From the NCBI RefSeq assembly GCF_009914755.1, contig NC_060946.1: 64,000 bases of DNA; one strand, given 5' to 3'. This stretch comes from the human T2T-CHM13v2.0 reference genome, Homo sapiens. Below the pieces are notes generated by a model. It was not told where the DNA came from. It did not search any database and saw only the letters and a list, made by a program, of their open reading frames with translations. Numbering within the stretch: position 1 is the first letter of the stretch; each line of letters starts with the position of its first letter. Below, piece after piece: positions 1-16,336 of this stretch. The position numbers and the translations under genes are program-made.

Positions 1-941
1 ACTGCACCCCAGCCTGGGCAAAAGAGTGAGACCTTATCTCCAAAAAAAAAAAAAAAGAAAAGAAAATTACACTAAAGTCCCCTAAGAAATAAGAAATTAA
101 CTCTATAAAATGAAATATATTGATTTAAACTCTGACTGCTTCAAGTACTTACATTAAGCCATTAACCTCAGGTCTTTTTTGTATAAAATAAAATTGATAT
201 ATTTGTACTGTGTGGTTTAAAAAAGAAAAAATTACAATAAAAAACCCTGGAGCCAGGTACAGCGGCTCATGCCCATAATCTCAGCACTTTGGGAGGCTTG
301 AGGCCAGGAGTTCAAGACCAGCTGGGCCAACATAGCAAAATCCTATCTCTAATAAAAATACAAAAAACTAGCTGAGTGTGGTGGCACACGCCTGTAATCC
401 CACGCCACTCAGGAGGCTGACGCATGAGAAACGCTTGAACCCAGGAGACAGAGGGTGCAGTGAGCTAAGGTCACGCCACTGCACACTCCAGCTTGGGTAA
501 TAGAGACTGTGTTTCAAAGAAAAAAAGAAAACCTGGGAATACAGCAAATAAAGGGATGCCTTGTAAAATGACCAACCTAGTAATTCAACACCCTCAGGGC
601 AACAACAGAATTTAGGGAGTTTTTTCCTAAAATTGTAATATAACTTAGTGATTTAGATCCCAAACTCTAGAGTCAGATAGGTCCAGGTTCCAATTCTAGC
701 TTAGCCTCTGCCTAGTTGTATGACCATTAGCCTCAGTCTCTTAATCTGTAAAATGGGGACAATAATGGTACCTTTCTCATAAGGAAAATTAATCCAGGTT
801 TATGAAATAGCCAGGACAAGTAAGCAGCCAAGAGATGTTAGCTATTATTATTATCTTATGATTATGCAATTCTTGTTCCCTGATCTATTTGTCATCCACT
901 TTCAGACTTCCTTGTGGATGAGAAGTTTGGACTAATCTCTA

Positions 942-1436
<495 letters not shown>

Positions 1437-1978
1437 CTATCCTAGACCAGTCCTCCACTACCTGTGCAGGGACCACTGGCTTGGCCTCCTCACAGTCTTC
1501 CACTGTGGCTCCATGCCTATTGAGCACACCAGCAAAAGGGTCTTCTCAAAACATAACCCAGCCCCACATCACACCCTCTCTATCACACACACTATGCTAC
1601 CCTTCCCCCTCTCTGCTCCAGCCCCCAAGCCTTTCATATCCTTGTGGATACCGTGATGCTTCCCATCAAGGGCCTTTGCATATTGGGACCTCTTCTACCA
1701 CCCTAGTTACCTTCTACTGTCAGTCATATCAGCTTAAGGGTCACTTTTCTCCACAGAAATCTTCCTTGACCTCTCAGAATAGATGAAATGCCCTAAAATG
1801 TGTTCTCCCTCATGTCCTCATGTCCCTCATGTCCTGCATCACAGTCACAAGTTTGATCGTCTGAGTTGTTAATGCCTATTTCCATCTTCTAATGTCTGGG
1901 CTCTAGGAAGGCAAGAATGGGTCTATAGCACAGGCCTAATACATAGCAATCGCTCAATAAACACTGATAATTAAATCA

Positions 1979-2347
<369 letters not shown>

Positions 2348-2472
2348 TCACAGCTAACAGTCTCAACAAGGCCAGGTGAGAAGTATACTTATCAGGGTAT
2401 CTCCTCCACTCCCTGTCCATCTTCCCCCTCTTCCCTAAAGCAAGGTGAAGCAGCCCCCATGCCAGGCAATAC

Positions 2473-2681
2473 CGTTTGCCTCCAAAGCTGGGCCTCTCAT
2501 CATCCGAGTCTCGCTCTGCCCACACCCCGTAGGTGGCTTCTTCCTTGGTCTGCCAGTGGCGCTGTCGGTTGGGGTTGAACTCATTCTGGAGATCCCAGTC
2601 AGTGATCTCAAAGTTCTCCCGCTCGTCATCATCATCATCAATGCGGCCTTCCCCATCCCGGTATAAGTGGGACAATGACAT
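2473..2681 (-). CDS. TFIP11: Tuftelin-interacting protein 11 (spliceosome disassembly factor), first coding exon; gene continues left of the window
   Basis: Translation [56 protein letters not shown] matches the TFIP11 N-terminus. Acceptor AG at 2692-2691 (exon starts 2690, 9 nt before ATG); donor GTATTG at 2472; 209 coding nt. Confidence 0.96.
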
Positions 2682-3025
2682 GGCCAGTCACTAAAGGAAG
2701 AGACAAAAAGAGCACAGGCCGTAAGTCCTGGGGGCAGCAGTCGAAGGATTCCTTGTGAGTCTCTATTCCTTGCTGCTTTCAGAACTTTCTCCAAATTCAA
2801 AGTCCATTAAAGTCAGCATTACTATTCAATAAAAAAGATATTAAAAACCTACTTTTAGATAACAATCAGTACTAAAACAGGTGAACAAAATACTACTCCT
2901 AACAGTCTATGATTCTTTAAAAGTACATATCTCCTTGTCCTAGTCAATATCATAAATATCACACATATTCACACATACACAAACCACACAAAAATAACTA
3001 AGTAGGTTATTTTGTACATTATTAC

Positions 3026-3212
3026 CTTAGAAAATGAGTAGGTATCTTCTTAGATCCCAGATTCTTTTTTCTATTACTGAGGAAAGAATTATATCTGGAT
3101 CCTTGGTGGTCCTAGGAGAGTGATTTTTTTTAGAATATGCTTTTTGAAATACATTACTTGATGAAACAAAATTTTCAGTTTTCCTCACAAAACATGAATT
3201 TCTTCTGATGAA
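3026..3212 (-). other. TFIP11: Candidate non-coding 5'-UTR exon of TFIP11
   Basis: Acceptor TCTTTCAG ending at 3213 and donor AG|GTAAT at 3025; boundaries inferred from motifs only. Confidence 0.5.
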
Positions 3213-3442
3213 CTGAAAGACTGTAGTAATTATGAACACTATTTTAATAGTCAGATGTCCAGAGATTGATATAGAGAATCTACCTCACAGTAGCTGGGTG
3301 ACCAGATTCAGTTGTCTTTCTTAAATTGGGATTAACTACCATACCAACCTTAGAGAAGGCTTACAAAGCAAATTCAATGAGTTCAAAATAAGTGCTCAAG
3401 AAACGATAGCTTCTACTTTAGTCCCATGATTAGGTTAATCAT

Positions 3443-3887
3443 TGTATTAGTCAGGGTTCTCTAGAGCGACATAACTAATGGAATAGACATACATATATAA
3501 AGGGGAGCTTATTAACTATTAACTCACACGATCAAAAGGTCCCACAATAGGCTGTCTGCAGGCTGAGGAGCAAGGAGAGCCAGTCAAGTTCCAAAGCTGA
3601 AGAACTTGAAGTCCAATGTTCGAGGGCAGGAAGCATCCAGCACGGGAGAAAGATATAGGCTGGGAGGCTAGGCCAGTCTCTCTTTTCACATTTTTCTGCC
3701 TGCTTATATTCTTGCCGTGCTGGCAGCTGATTAGATTATGCCCACACAGATTGAGGGTGGGTCTGCCTTTCCCCACCCACAGACTCAAATGTTAATCTCC
3801 TTTGGCAACACCCACATAGTCACACCCAGGATCAATACTTCGTATCCTTCAATCCAATCAAGTTGACACTCAGTATTTACCATCACA
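3443..3887 (-). mobile_element. MLT2A-family (ERVL) solo LTR
   Basis: Minus strand starts TGTGATGGTAAATACTGAGTGTCAACTTGATTGGATTG and ends GAGAACCCTGACTAATACA; perfect 5-bp TSD ATCAT at 3438-3442 and 3888-3892. Confidence 0.9.
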
Positions 3888-4639
3888 ATCATCATTATTA
3901 TTATGGGACTAGGGAGTAAACTTAGCAAAGTGACTGTAAAATCAGGCAGGCTAAAATCGAAGCCTGAGTTCAAATTCAACTCTATCAGATACCCAGTGTA
4001 TGAGAATTAAATATGCACGTGAAGCGCCAAGCATGGTGCACTACACAATAATACACTCCATAGGTGACAGCAATTGTGATTCTTGTCTTGCTGAAAGCGG
4101 CCTTAAGGCACACGGAGTTCACTACTTCCACAGGCAGTGTCAAACTCTGGTCACCTCTGGCAAAACGTTATCTCTGCCTTCTTCTACTCACTGGTGCACC
4201 GGTTGGGTGCAACGGGTCCCAACCTCTTCCAGGAGTGTTTAGGACAGAAGGATTTTCAGAAAAGACGGGGAATCTCAAATACATAAAGTTAAATAATACC
4301 ACTGCCTGCGTGGGCATAGTAAATGGTAATAAGCCCTGAGTAGTCACAAGTTATGAAGCCTTTATCAGTAGATGCTAGGTACATGCTGGTCGCTTGAGAC
4401 CGATTATCAACTGTCTGCATCAAGACACTTCTGCAAGGTAGGTACCGTTAGTTTTCATGCTTCAGATAAGAAAAAGGAGGTTCAGAGAAGTTAGTAACTT
4501 ACCCTAGGTTCCACTGCTCATAGGGCTCAAACTCAGGAGTGCTAGAAGTCAGGCCTCGGGCTTGTCTCTCTCTTGCTGTCTAGGTTTGGTGAAGGAAGCT
4601 CAGGTTCTTAAATGAATCCAAGCCCTAAATCCCAGTTGA

Positions 4640-5120
4640 CCCCAAGCAGCACCGCCCCTCTCCGTGCCTCGGCAGAGCTGTCTACGAAATGGATTCCCCT
4701 CCCCACACCCCAACGGCTTGGACCGAAGCTCGCCTTCCCTGAGCCTTCGTCCCTACTCTCACTGGCGCTGAGTCCCCTTGTGGCCAGCCGTGCTCACCTG
4801 TCCGAGGGTCCAGCGTACCAAATTCAGCTTCACCATCCGCGCGAGAAGACGCCGCTCCTACACCAGAACCCGGAAGCACCGTGGCCGGCGCGCCGGAAAT
4901 GACGTTAGTCGACAGCGGATGTCCTGCTGGCTGCCAGGGCAGCGTGGGACGCTACGGCGGATATGGCTGCAGAGCGGCCGGCTGGGATCTTAGATAGGAG
5001 GGGTGGATTTGCAAGGCCTAGAATAGCTGGGGAGTGGTTTCCCCGCGGAATCGGCCTCCCTGCCGCTCCTGCTTTGTACTGTGACGCTCAGCCTGTGATG
5101 ACTGGTGTGGAATCCGCTGA
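4640..5120. promoter_or_regulatory. CpG-rich bidirectional promoter of TFIP11 and a divergent transcript
   Basis: High CpG density, no TATA box seen, ETS motifs CCGGAAG (4870-4876) and CCGGAAAT (4893-4900) overlapping the CRE half-site TGACGT (4900-4905). Confidence 0.85.
4798..4880 (-). other. TFIP11: TFIP11 first exon (5' boundary approximate)
   Basis: Strong donor CAG|GTGAGC at 4798/4797 inside the CpG-rich region, just downstream of ETS sites. Confidence 0.7.
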
Positions 5121-6935
5121 GCCACCTTGGCCTAAGGAGACTTTACCACTCTGAGATTGTAAATCTGTAAAATAGAGATGTAGGATTAGCCCATACGGTA
5201 GTTGTGGTAAATACTGTGAGACAATAAGGGGCCTGGGACACAGCATTCAAATGGGAATAATGAAGGTCAAGACTGTGATTCCTGTATCTTTGACGCTCTC
5301 GGTATAAGCACCGTCGTGGGCACAGGGCAGTGGCCTTTATGCAGGAGTTTAAGAGGGAATGAAGGAATGAATGGGCAAACTCTGGAGTTCCCAAGTATTC
5401 TCTCCAGGAGCTGTTTCCATTCTTTTCGTTTCCAGCAGGTTGGTAAATTCATTAATTTATTCATTGATCTAATTAAAATATACTAAGTGCCCCTCACCTG
5501 TGCTAGGCCAGTGTGATACAATGAGCAGAACAGTCATGGGCCCTCCCTGGGAAGCCCTCACTAGCCCAAGGACTCCTTGTAGACATTTAAGTGTCCACAG
5601 GCTCTGGAGTTCCAACCTTGAGTGCAATTTAGCAGCTGTGGACCTTGGGCAAGTCATTACATCTAAGCCTGTTTTCTCTTCTGCAAAATGGTTAAGGATT
5701 CAATAAGATAAAACTGTAGGCAATGAAAACCGTACCTGGTAACAGTAGGTGCTGAAGAAGTGTTAGCTATTAATTTTTGCTTAATTTTTCTCTCTCTGCT
5801 CTATGTGATGAAAAGATTCAAGAGGCAATTGTTGGAATGTAAAAAGAGCACGGGACTTGGAGTCAAATACTTAAGTCTACCATCAAGTAGTTGTTAAGAA
5901 TTAAACAACAATTTTTGTGTACCCAGTTAAATGTGGGCTGCTTAGGAATGATGACTGTGTCTTAATGATCTCTGTATTCTTAGTGACATGTAGAATCATT
6001 GTGCCTGACACATAGTATGTACTCAGGAAAGAAATGGAAAATGTGGTTTTAGCATTGAAGGCCGGGAGAGAGGGTCTAACAGACTACAAGCCCTGCCAGG
6101 AGCAGAGTAAGGGAAACAGAGGAGAAAAGTGTTTTTAGTCTGTGCCTGAATGTATTTACATCTGTTTGTAGCCCAAAAGCCAAAAGCGTACATACGCTTG
6201 GCTTTTCTGTAGCTATGTTTATGGCTTTACAGCAGATTTTATGGAGCTGCAATTACTTTGATCATGAGGGACTGATGCTAGTGGATTTACTTCACCAAAT
6301 GGAACTCACTTTGTGGCTTCTGAAGAAGGGACCTTTGTGGACTGTCATGGAGTAGTTAAGAGTGCAGGCTCTGATTTAGTGATCAGAGTCTGCATTGTCA
6401 GGAATGGGACAAAGTGAAGTTATGTGGCACTTGATAGGATGCCCTGAGAAGATTGCAACATCACCCCTGTGATATTCCTGCTGAAGATCCATAACCTGGA
6501 TGTAATCATGAGGATATATCAGACAAACCCACGTAAAGAGACATGCTGTATACAAAACTGTAATCTTAGAAAGTGCCAAGGTCATGAAAATCAAAGATAG
6601 ACCCTGGAACTGTTCCAAACTGGAGGGGACCAAAGAGGCATGACAACTAAACACAACACATGATTCTGAACTGGATCTTTTTGCTTGAAAGGAAGTTACA
6701 GGGACAGTTGGAAAAGTTTAAATGGGGCCTACAATGCCGTGGTAATGATGTGTCCGTGTTAATTTCCTGATTTTCATGGTTGCCTGTTAAGTTACATCAG
6801 AGGATGTTCTTGTTTGCTGGAAAGTAAATCAATGTATTTGGCAGGGGATAAGGCATCAAATGGTCACCTTAATTTCAAATTATTACAGGGAAAATGTTTC
6901 TCTCTGTACTTAATAACTTTTTTGCAATTTCTTAA
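4905..6935 (+). ncRNA. TFIP11-DT: Divergent lncRNA from the TFIP11 promoter (extent recalled/approximate)
   Basis: Head-to-head position, no credible ORF, repeat-rich (MIR/L2/L1). Existence is from recollection of the locus and cannot be proven from sequence. Confidence 0.45.
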
Positions 6936-6945
6936 AATGAAAGCT
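6440..6945 (+). mobile_element. Old L1M (L1MC/ME-type) 3' fragment
   Basis: Typical old-L1 3'-UTR motifs (gtcatgaaaatcaaagatagacc, catgacaactaaacacaac, aatttcctgatttt). Confidence 0.6.
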
Positions 6946-7291
6946 CTGGAGTAAAAACTTCAAGGATCCAAATCTCGACTTTGCTACTTCTTAGGTATGG
7001 GCCCGAGGGCAGGTTGCTTCACCTCTCTACACCTCAATTTTTCCATCTGTAGATTGGGGATAGTGACAGTACTGATCTAAGAGAGTTGTTTAGAGAAAAA
7101 CAAAAACAGAAAGTGATAATTAGTGCATGTAAAGCTCCTGGCATGGTAAGAGCTTTCTAAAGGATTGTGGCTATATTCTTATTTATTTATTTATTTATTT
7201 ATTGAGACAGAGTCTCACTCTGTCGCCCAGGCTAGAGTGCAGCAGCACAATCTTCGCTCATTTGCAACCTCTACCTCCCAGATTCAAGTGA

Positions 7292-7696
<405 letters not shown>

Positions 7697-9245
7697 TGAG
7701 CCACTGCGCCAGCCTTCATTTTTAAAAACCCAATGTCATACCCCTTTCAGTCTCAAAAATCCATGGTTTTTCAGGATTTCTGGGATCAAATGCCCAGCCT
7801 TTGAAAAACAAGGAAAAGTTTTACAAGGCAACCAGAGCTTTAGGTTCAAGGTCTCATATCTATCGTGATCTCCTGTCATTTCCTAGAGGGGAAAAAAAAA
7901 AAACAAAAACATTGCTTTGAGATTTGGGAACATCCACACTCATTTCTACATTCCCAATGAGGTGCTCAGACATGTGGCCTTCGCAGAAGGGGTTGCCAAA
8001 GCAACAAGGCTCCTTGGGCAGAAGGAGTCTGGCAGGGCCCTCCAGCACTCATGGGTCTATACCTCTCTTTTCGCAGCTGAGGCGGTGGGGGAGCCCCTGG
8101 CAGAGTGGAGGTGCCAGCACCACACAGTGAGTTTAAGGACAGGGCCAGGCCTGAAACCCAGGAGCTCAAACTCCCAGGCAGGTGCTTTCTTTGCAAAACC
8201 ATGCATGGGGTCCCACATCATGATTCCTGTGTGTTCAGGGCCACAGAGCCAAACTCTGCAGACATCATCTCTTTGATTCTTCAGCCTTCTAAGGTAGTTT
8301 GTTATAACCCCAGAGTCCACATTCCTAACCTCTTATTTCTACAGCCTATGCCATACAGCACACTTTCCATATTGCCTACAAAAGATTTCGGGAAAAAAAT
8401 ATCGTCACTTAGTTACAACTTTAAATAGGTTGGTACCATAGAAACAATCCATAAGTGGCATTTCAAAGCTGATATATTTAAAGACTAGCACATGTACTTT
8501 TTCTAGGACAGTGACATTATACAGTTGCACATGGCTTATTCTTATTTTGCATTTTGTCCCAAAAATATATATGGTGTCCTTAACTTGGCAGAATTGAGAA
8601 CCCAGATCAGCTGAGATTAGCAATTTGATTTCCCTCTAAATGTTTCTTACAGATGGTTTCTACCCTACTTATCTTTCAAGAATTCGTGAAGACTCTATCC
8701 TTATATGGAAAGCTGGAACATGAGGTTCCTTAGGCTCGGGGTGTTTATCTGGAAATTAAATATCCGCAAAACACAGTAAGGGGAGAAACCACAGCCTTCA
8801 TCATTCATTTATTCATTTGTCATTAACAAATAATTAATGAGTACCTACATGTTATCTATTGCAGTATAACAATTACCTCCAAACGTAGCAGCTTGCAACA
8901 CCAGTAAACATTATCTCACATAATTTCTTTTGGTAGGAATTTGAGAGTGGCTTAGCTGGGTGGTTCTGACTCAGGGTCTTTCATGGGGTTGCAGCCATCT
9001 GAAGGCTTGACCAGGGCTGGATGACCAACTTCCAAGGTGCTTCTCTCACATAGCTGGCAAACTGGTGCTGGTTGTTGGCAGGTTTCAGTTTCTTGCCATG
9101 TGAGCCTCTACACATGGTTACCAAGTATCGTTATGACATAGTGGCTAGCTTCCCTCAAAATGAGCAAAGCAAGAGAGAGCAAGGCAGAAGCCACAAGGTC
9201 TTTTATGGCCTAGTCTTGGAGTCACACTGTCATTTCTGCAATATC

Positions 9246-9889
<644 letters not shown>

Positions 9890-9940
9890 GCGCCTGGCCC
9901 ATTTTTGCAATATCTTATTGGTTACACATTCAGCCCTATA

Positions 9941-10102
9941 TAGGGTTGCCAGATGTAGTAAATAAAAATACAGGATGCCCAATTAAACTTGAAGTTTAGA
10001 TAAAACAATGAATAATAGTATATGTATGTCTCGTAAAATATTGCGAAATACTAAAAAATTATCTGAAATTCAAATTTAACCACCATCCTGTATGGAACCC
10101 TA
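9941..10102. mobile_element. MER53-like palindromic hAT MITE
   Basis: Termini TAGGGTTGCCAGAT ... TGGAACCCTA with internal inverted symmetry (aaaatacaggatg / catcctgtat). Confidence 0.7.
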
Positions 10103-10295
10103 ACCCTATTCAGTGCACAAAGGAAAAACATGCCAAAGTGGGTGTGAATACCAGGAGGCCAGGTTCACTGGGGGCCATCTTGGAAGCTGGCTTCTACAAC
10201 CTTAACATGCTGGGCATGGTAGACTATGGGGATAAATGGTAAACAATGAAAAATAATGATTCCTGTTCTCATGCAGTTTGTAGCCTGTTGAATAA

Positions 10296-10592
<297 letters not shown>

Positions 10593-11383
10593 TAAGATCT
10601 TTTTGTAGCGATGAGGGCTCACTATGTTGCCCAGGCTGGTCTTGAACTCCTGGCTTCAAGTGATCCACCTTGGCCTCCCAAAGTGTTGGGATTATAGGCG
10701 TGAGACACCTCACCTAGCCCACTTTTGCTTTATAGATTTGAGTTTTTACATGTGATTTGATTTGTCTCTATGGGCGTATAAGGAGTATATGGAGGGATCT
10801 GTTGCTAAAACAAGGAAATAAAACCCTGAAATGCAAGGTTTTGAATCTTAGCAAAATCCGTAAGCACACACAAATGAATGCACATAAACATGGCGAAAAC
10901 TGAATAAGGTCTGTAGTCCAGTTAACAGTTTTTACTAATGCTAATTTCCTGGTTTTGCTATTGCACTACAGTTGCATCAGATATCAGCATTGGGGGAAGC
11001 CAGGTGAAGGACACATGGAACCCTTTGCACCACTTTTTCCACTTCACATGAGTCTACAATTATTTCAAAATAAAAAGTTAATAAACAACCCATTAAAAAA
11101 AAAGCAGCTGTTGTTTGGAAATGGAAACAAGGTTAGATCAAAATAATCCAGACTTGGCGGGGTGCGGTGGCTCATGCCTGTAATCCCAGCACTTTGGGAG
11201 GCCGAGGTGGGTGGATCACCTGCGGTCAGGAGTTCAAGACCAGCCTGACCAATATGGCAAAACCCCATCTCTACCAAAAATACAAACATTAACTGGGCGT
11301 CGTGGCATGTGCCTGTAGTCCCAGCTCCTTGGGGGGCTGAGACTGGTAAGTTGCTTGAATCCAGGAGGCGGCGGTTGCAGTGA

Positions 11384-11767
<384 letters not shown>

Positions 11768-12800
11768 TAGGTCTCCCAAAGTGCTGGCATTACAGGTGTG
11801 AGCCACCATGCCCAGCAGGAATGGAATGCTTATTGTTAATTATCCTGAGCAGTGTGGGTTTAGAACACAGAATGAGGCCAACTTTGAGGACAGGGGTAAG
11901 AGGTGTCTTTCTGGTTCTGGGCCCAGATGTGGGGTCCGGAGAGGCCTGGAACACTTCCATTGGTAGGACCAGTTGTCTCTGGTCCCAAGGAACAGGCTGG
12001 GGAAACCCTCAAAGAAGCCTGGGTTTTTTGGTGACCTAGCCTCTTAATTTAAATAGTAGACGAAAGAAATGTTTTCATTTTCTACCCCAAAATGAAGAAA
12101 GGGAATATTCTGGTGACATTGGTGTATCCCAGAGATCTGAAAGCCATTTGCTGACCCACAATTGAGGCTGATCAATTGTTTTTTAAGGATAACTGTGGCC
12201 AATTGTTGATGGGTTTTCTGTTGTTGTTGTGGTTTGTTTTTTGTTTTTTGAGACAGGGTCTCGCTCTGTCAACCCAGGCTGGAGTGCAGGCAGTGGCAGT
12301 CAAGGCTCACTGCAGCCTTGTCCTGCTGGGCTTAAGTGGTCCTCCCACCTCAGCCACCCAAGTAGCTGGGACTACAGGTGCTTGCCACCATGCCCAGCTA
12401 ATATATCTTTTTGAGACGGAGTCTCACTCTGTCGCCCAGGCCGGAGAGCAGTGGCACCATCTCGGCTCACTGCAACCTTTGCCTCCCAGGCTCAAGTGAT
12501 TCTCCTGCCTCAGCCTCCTGAATAGCTGGGATACAGGCGTGAGCCACCACGCCCGGCTAATTTTTTTGTTTTGTTTTCTTTTGAGACAGGGTCTCACTCT
12601 GTCACCCAGATTGGAGTGCAATGCCTCAATCTTGGCTCACCACCACAACCTCTGCCTCCCAGGCTCAAGCGATTCTCCTGTCTCAGCCTCCTGAGTAGCT
12701 GGGATTACAGGCGGGCGCCACTACCACCCAGCTAATTTTTTTGTATTTTTAGTAGAGAGGAGATTTCACCATGTTGGCCAGGCTGGTCCTGAACTCCTGA

Positions 12801-13037
<237 letters not shown>

Positions 13038-13638
13038 TAAACTTTTTGTAGAGACAAGGTCTCATTATTTTGCCCAGGCTGGTCTCGAACTCCTGGACTC
13101 TTGTGACATTTGTTCAGGGGGAAGCCAACACCATGTATGAAGTTTAACCACCCTGAGATGGCCATGTCCTGAAGAAGCCCAGTCTAGCCATGCGGAGAGA
13201 CTACATGCATAAGAGGTACCCCACTAAGCCTCTAGATGCTCCAACCATCCCAGCCGAGGTACCAGACAAATGAATGAAGAAATCTTCAGCTGCCATCTGA
13301 CTAGAGAACCACCAGCTCACTCTAGTTAATTCCCAAAACTGAGCGGTTTTTTTTTTTTTTTTTTTTCAGACAGGGTTTCACTCTGTCCCCCGGGCTGGAC
13401 TGCAGTGGTGTAATCACAGCTCACTGCAACCTCCACTTCCAAGGCTCAAGTGATTCTACCTCAGCCTCCCCAGTAGCTGGGACTACAGGCACATGCCACC
13501 GTGCCTTTTTTTTTTTTTTCTTTTTTTCTAGAGACCAGGGTTTCACCATGTTGCGCAGGCTGGTCTTGAATTTCTGGGCTCAAGTGATCCTCCTGCCTTG
13601 GCCTCCCAACTTACTGGGATTACAGGCCACTGGGATTA

Positions 13639-14004
<366 letters not shown>

Positions 14005-14420
14005 TTAAGTCACTCAGTTTGGGGCTGCTTGGTTGGGCCGCAAGAGATGAGTGGAACAATGAATGAGACTGGATGTCCTCTGCTACCCAATGACTGGCAA
14101 CCATGAGCTTCCTGGGTCTGTAATTCCATCAGCTGTCCATCCCTTACCCTGGAAGGGTAGAGGATTTATTCTTTGGGTAGACATAGTTTAAGAGTTTTTT
14201 TGTTTTTGTTTTTTGTTTTCAATGAAAAATTGCCAAGCCCTTTGGAGGCCCTGATGGCTCAACCAGGTTGGTGGCTGCTAACGAGAGTGAAGATCTATAT
14301 TCAGTCCATCTGGCACATGTGCAGAAGACCCTTCTCCAACCCCAGATCATGACTACAAATGGCTATCAGTTGGACAAACATACATCCTGATGAGAAGATA
14401 TGGTTGGTTCATCACAACCT

Positions 14421-14426
14421 TTTATT
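14421..14426 (-). terminator. Candidate distal poly(A) signal of TPST2
   Basis: AATAAA on minus strand in non-Alu sequence, GU-rich tract about 35-50 nt downstream. Confidence 0.45.
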
Positions 14427-15392
14427 TCACAATATTAATAGTAATCATTATAGCTACCATGTATTAAGCCTTCACCATGGGGCTGTTAAGTCTTCATTGC
14501 TTAGCTTTACTAAACTAGATAATGTGTTTGCTTATCTCATGGATTTCTCTTAACCATCCCCTGAGATCCCCCTATAGTTCTTATCCCTTTACCCCCATTT
14601 TACAGAAGAGGAAAACTGAGGCTCAGAGAAGGGGAGTCACTTGGCCACAGTCGCACAGTTGGAAAGTGGTAGAGCCAGGATGAGACGCTAATTCTGACTC
14701 CAAAGCTAGTTATATATAATAATAGCACCCAAGTAATGTATAGATTACCATGTTTTCACATATGGCAAATTAAGGAATCAGAATGAATGATGCATGCTGC
14801 CCAAGCTGGACAGAGGATGGGCCAGGGCACAAGTGACGGCTGACCCACTGATCCATGGAACCCCCAAGAAAGGCTCTAGAACAAAGCTCTGATTTCACAG
14901 TGAGATTAAAATTCTGCCCAAATCAGGGTACATGGGTGGAATTAATCAAAAAAGTTAGTATGTATGCCTTTCACCCCAGCAATTCTACTTCTCATTTTGC
15001 AGAGACTCACTCATACAGTGGCATCAAGAGGTTATATGTGCAGGAGAACGTCCACTGCAGCTTTGCCAGTAGCGATGAAAACTGCTAACAGCCTAAGGGC
15101 CTAGCCAAAGTGGAATGCTCAAAAAAGATGGTTTGCTCTAGAACAGGCAGCTGGTAAAAGGAGTGGTGTTAGATCAGCACATGTTCACATCAGAAATGCT
15201 CCAGGAGCCAGGTGCGGTGGCTCACGCCTGTAAACCCAACTCTTTGAGAGGCTGAGGAAGGATTGCTTGAGCCCAGGAGTTTGAGACCAGCCTGGGCAAC
15301 ATAGTGATTCCCCTCTTTACAAAAAATAAAAAGTTAGGTAGGTGTCATGGTCCAGCTACTCAGGAGGCTGAGGTGAAAGGACTGCTTGAGCC

Positions 15393-15520
15393 CAGGAGTT
15401 AGAGGTTGCAGTGAGCTGTGTTTGCAGGAGTTAGAGGTTGCAGTGAGCTGTGTTTGCAGGAGTTAGAGGTTGCAGTGAGCTGTGTTTGCAGGAGTTAGAG
15501 GTTGCAGTGAGCTGTGTTTG
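15393..15520 (+). repeat. Minisatellite, 4 perfect copies of 32 bp inside an Alu right arm
   Basis: Unit CAGGAGTTAGAGGTTGCAGTGAGCTGTGTTTG at 15393, 15425, 15457, 15489. Confidence 0.97.
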
Positions 15521-15931
15521 TGCCACTGCACTGCAGCCTGAGCAACCAAGCGGGACTCTGTCTCCAAAACAAACAAACAAACAATCCTCCAGAGCAATCT
15601 GTTAAATTACATTTTGGAATAACCTATTCAAAATGGTTTTTTCCATACGTCTTTAAGATGATAATATTTATATGTTCAAAAATTTAAAGTCTGGAAGACT
15701 ATGTACAAACAGAAAATGGTAGCATTACCTTTAGGAGCTATTGAGAGGAAGTACAAATAGAGCCACTTGCCTTCTTACTATCAATTCTGATTGTCCCATG
15801 TTTTATAATATATTCATGTAGTACTCTAAACAAAATCTTTTCAGATCAAATCAGGGGAGATGAAATGAGAGTGGATTCTGAGCCTAGTTTTTTTCAGGGA
15901 ACAAGACCCAGTGCTACCACTTAGGGGCTAG

Positions 15932-16336
<405 letters not shown>

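Noticed and set aside
15393-15520. CRISPR-like array
   Set aside because: Repeats are contiguous with no spacers and derive from Alu in a mammalian genome
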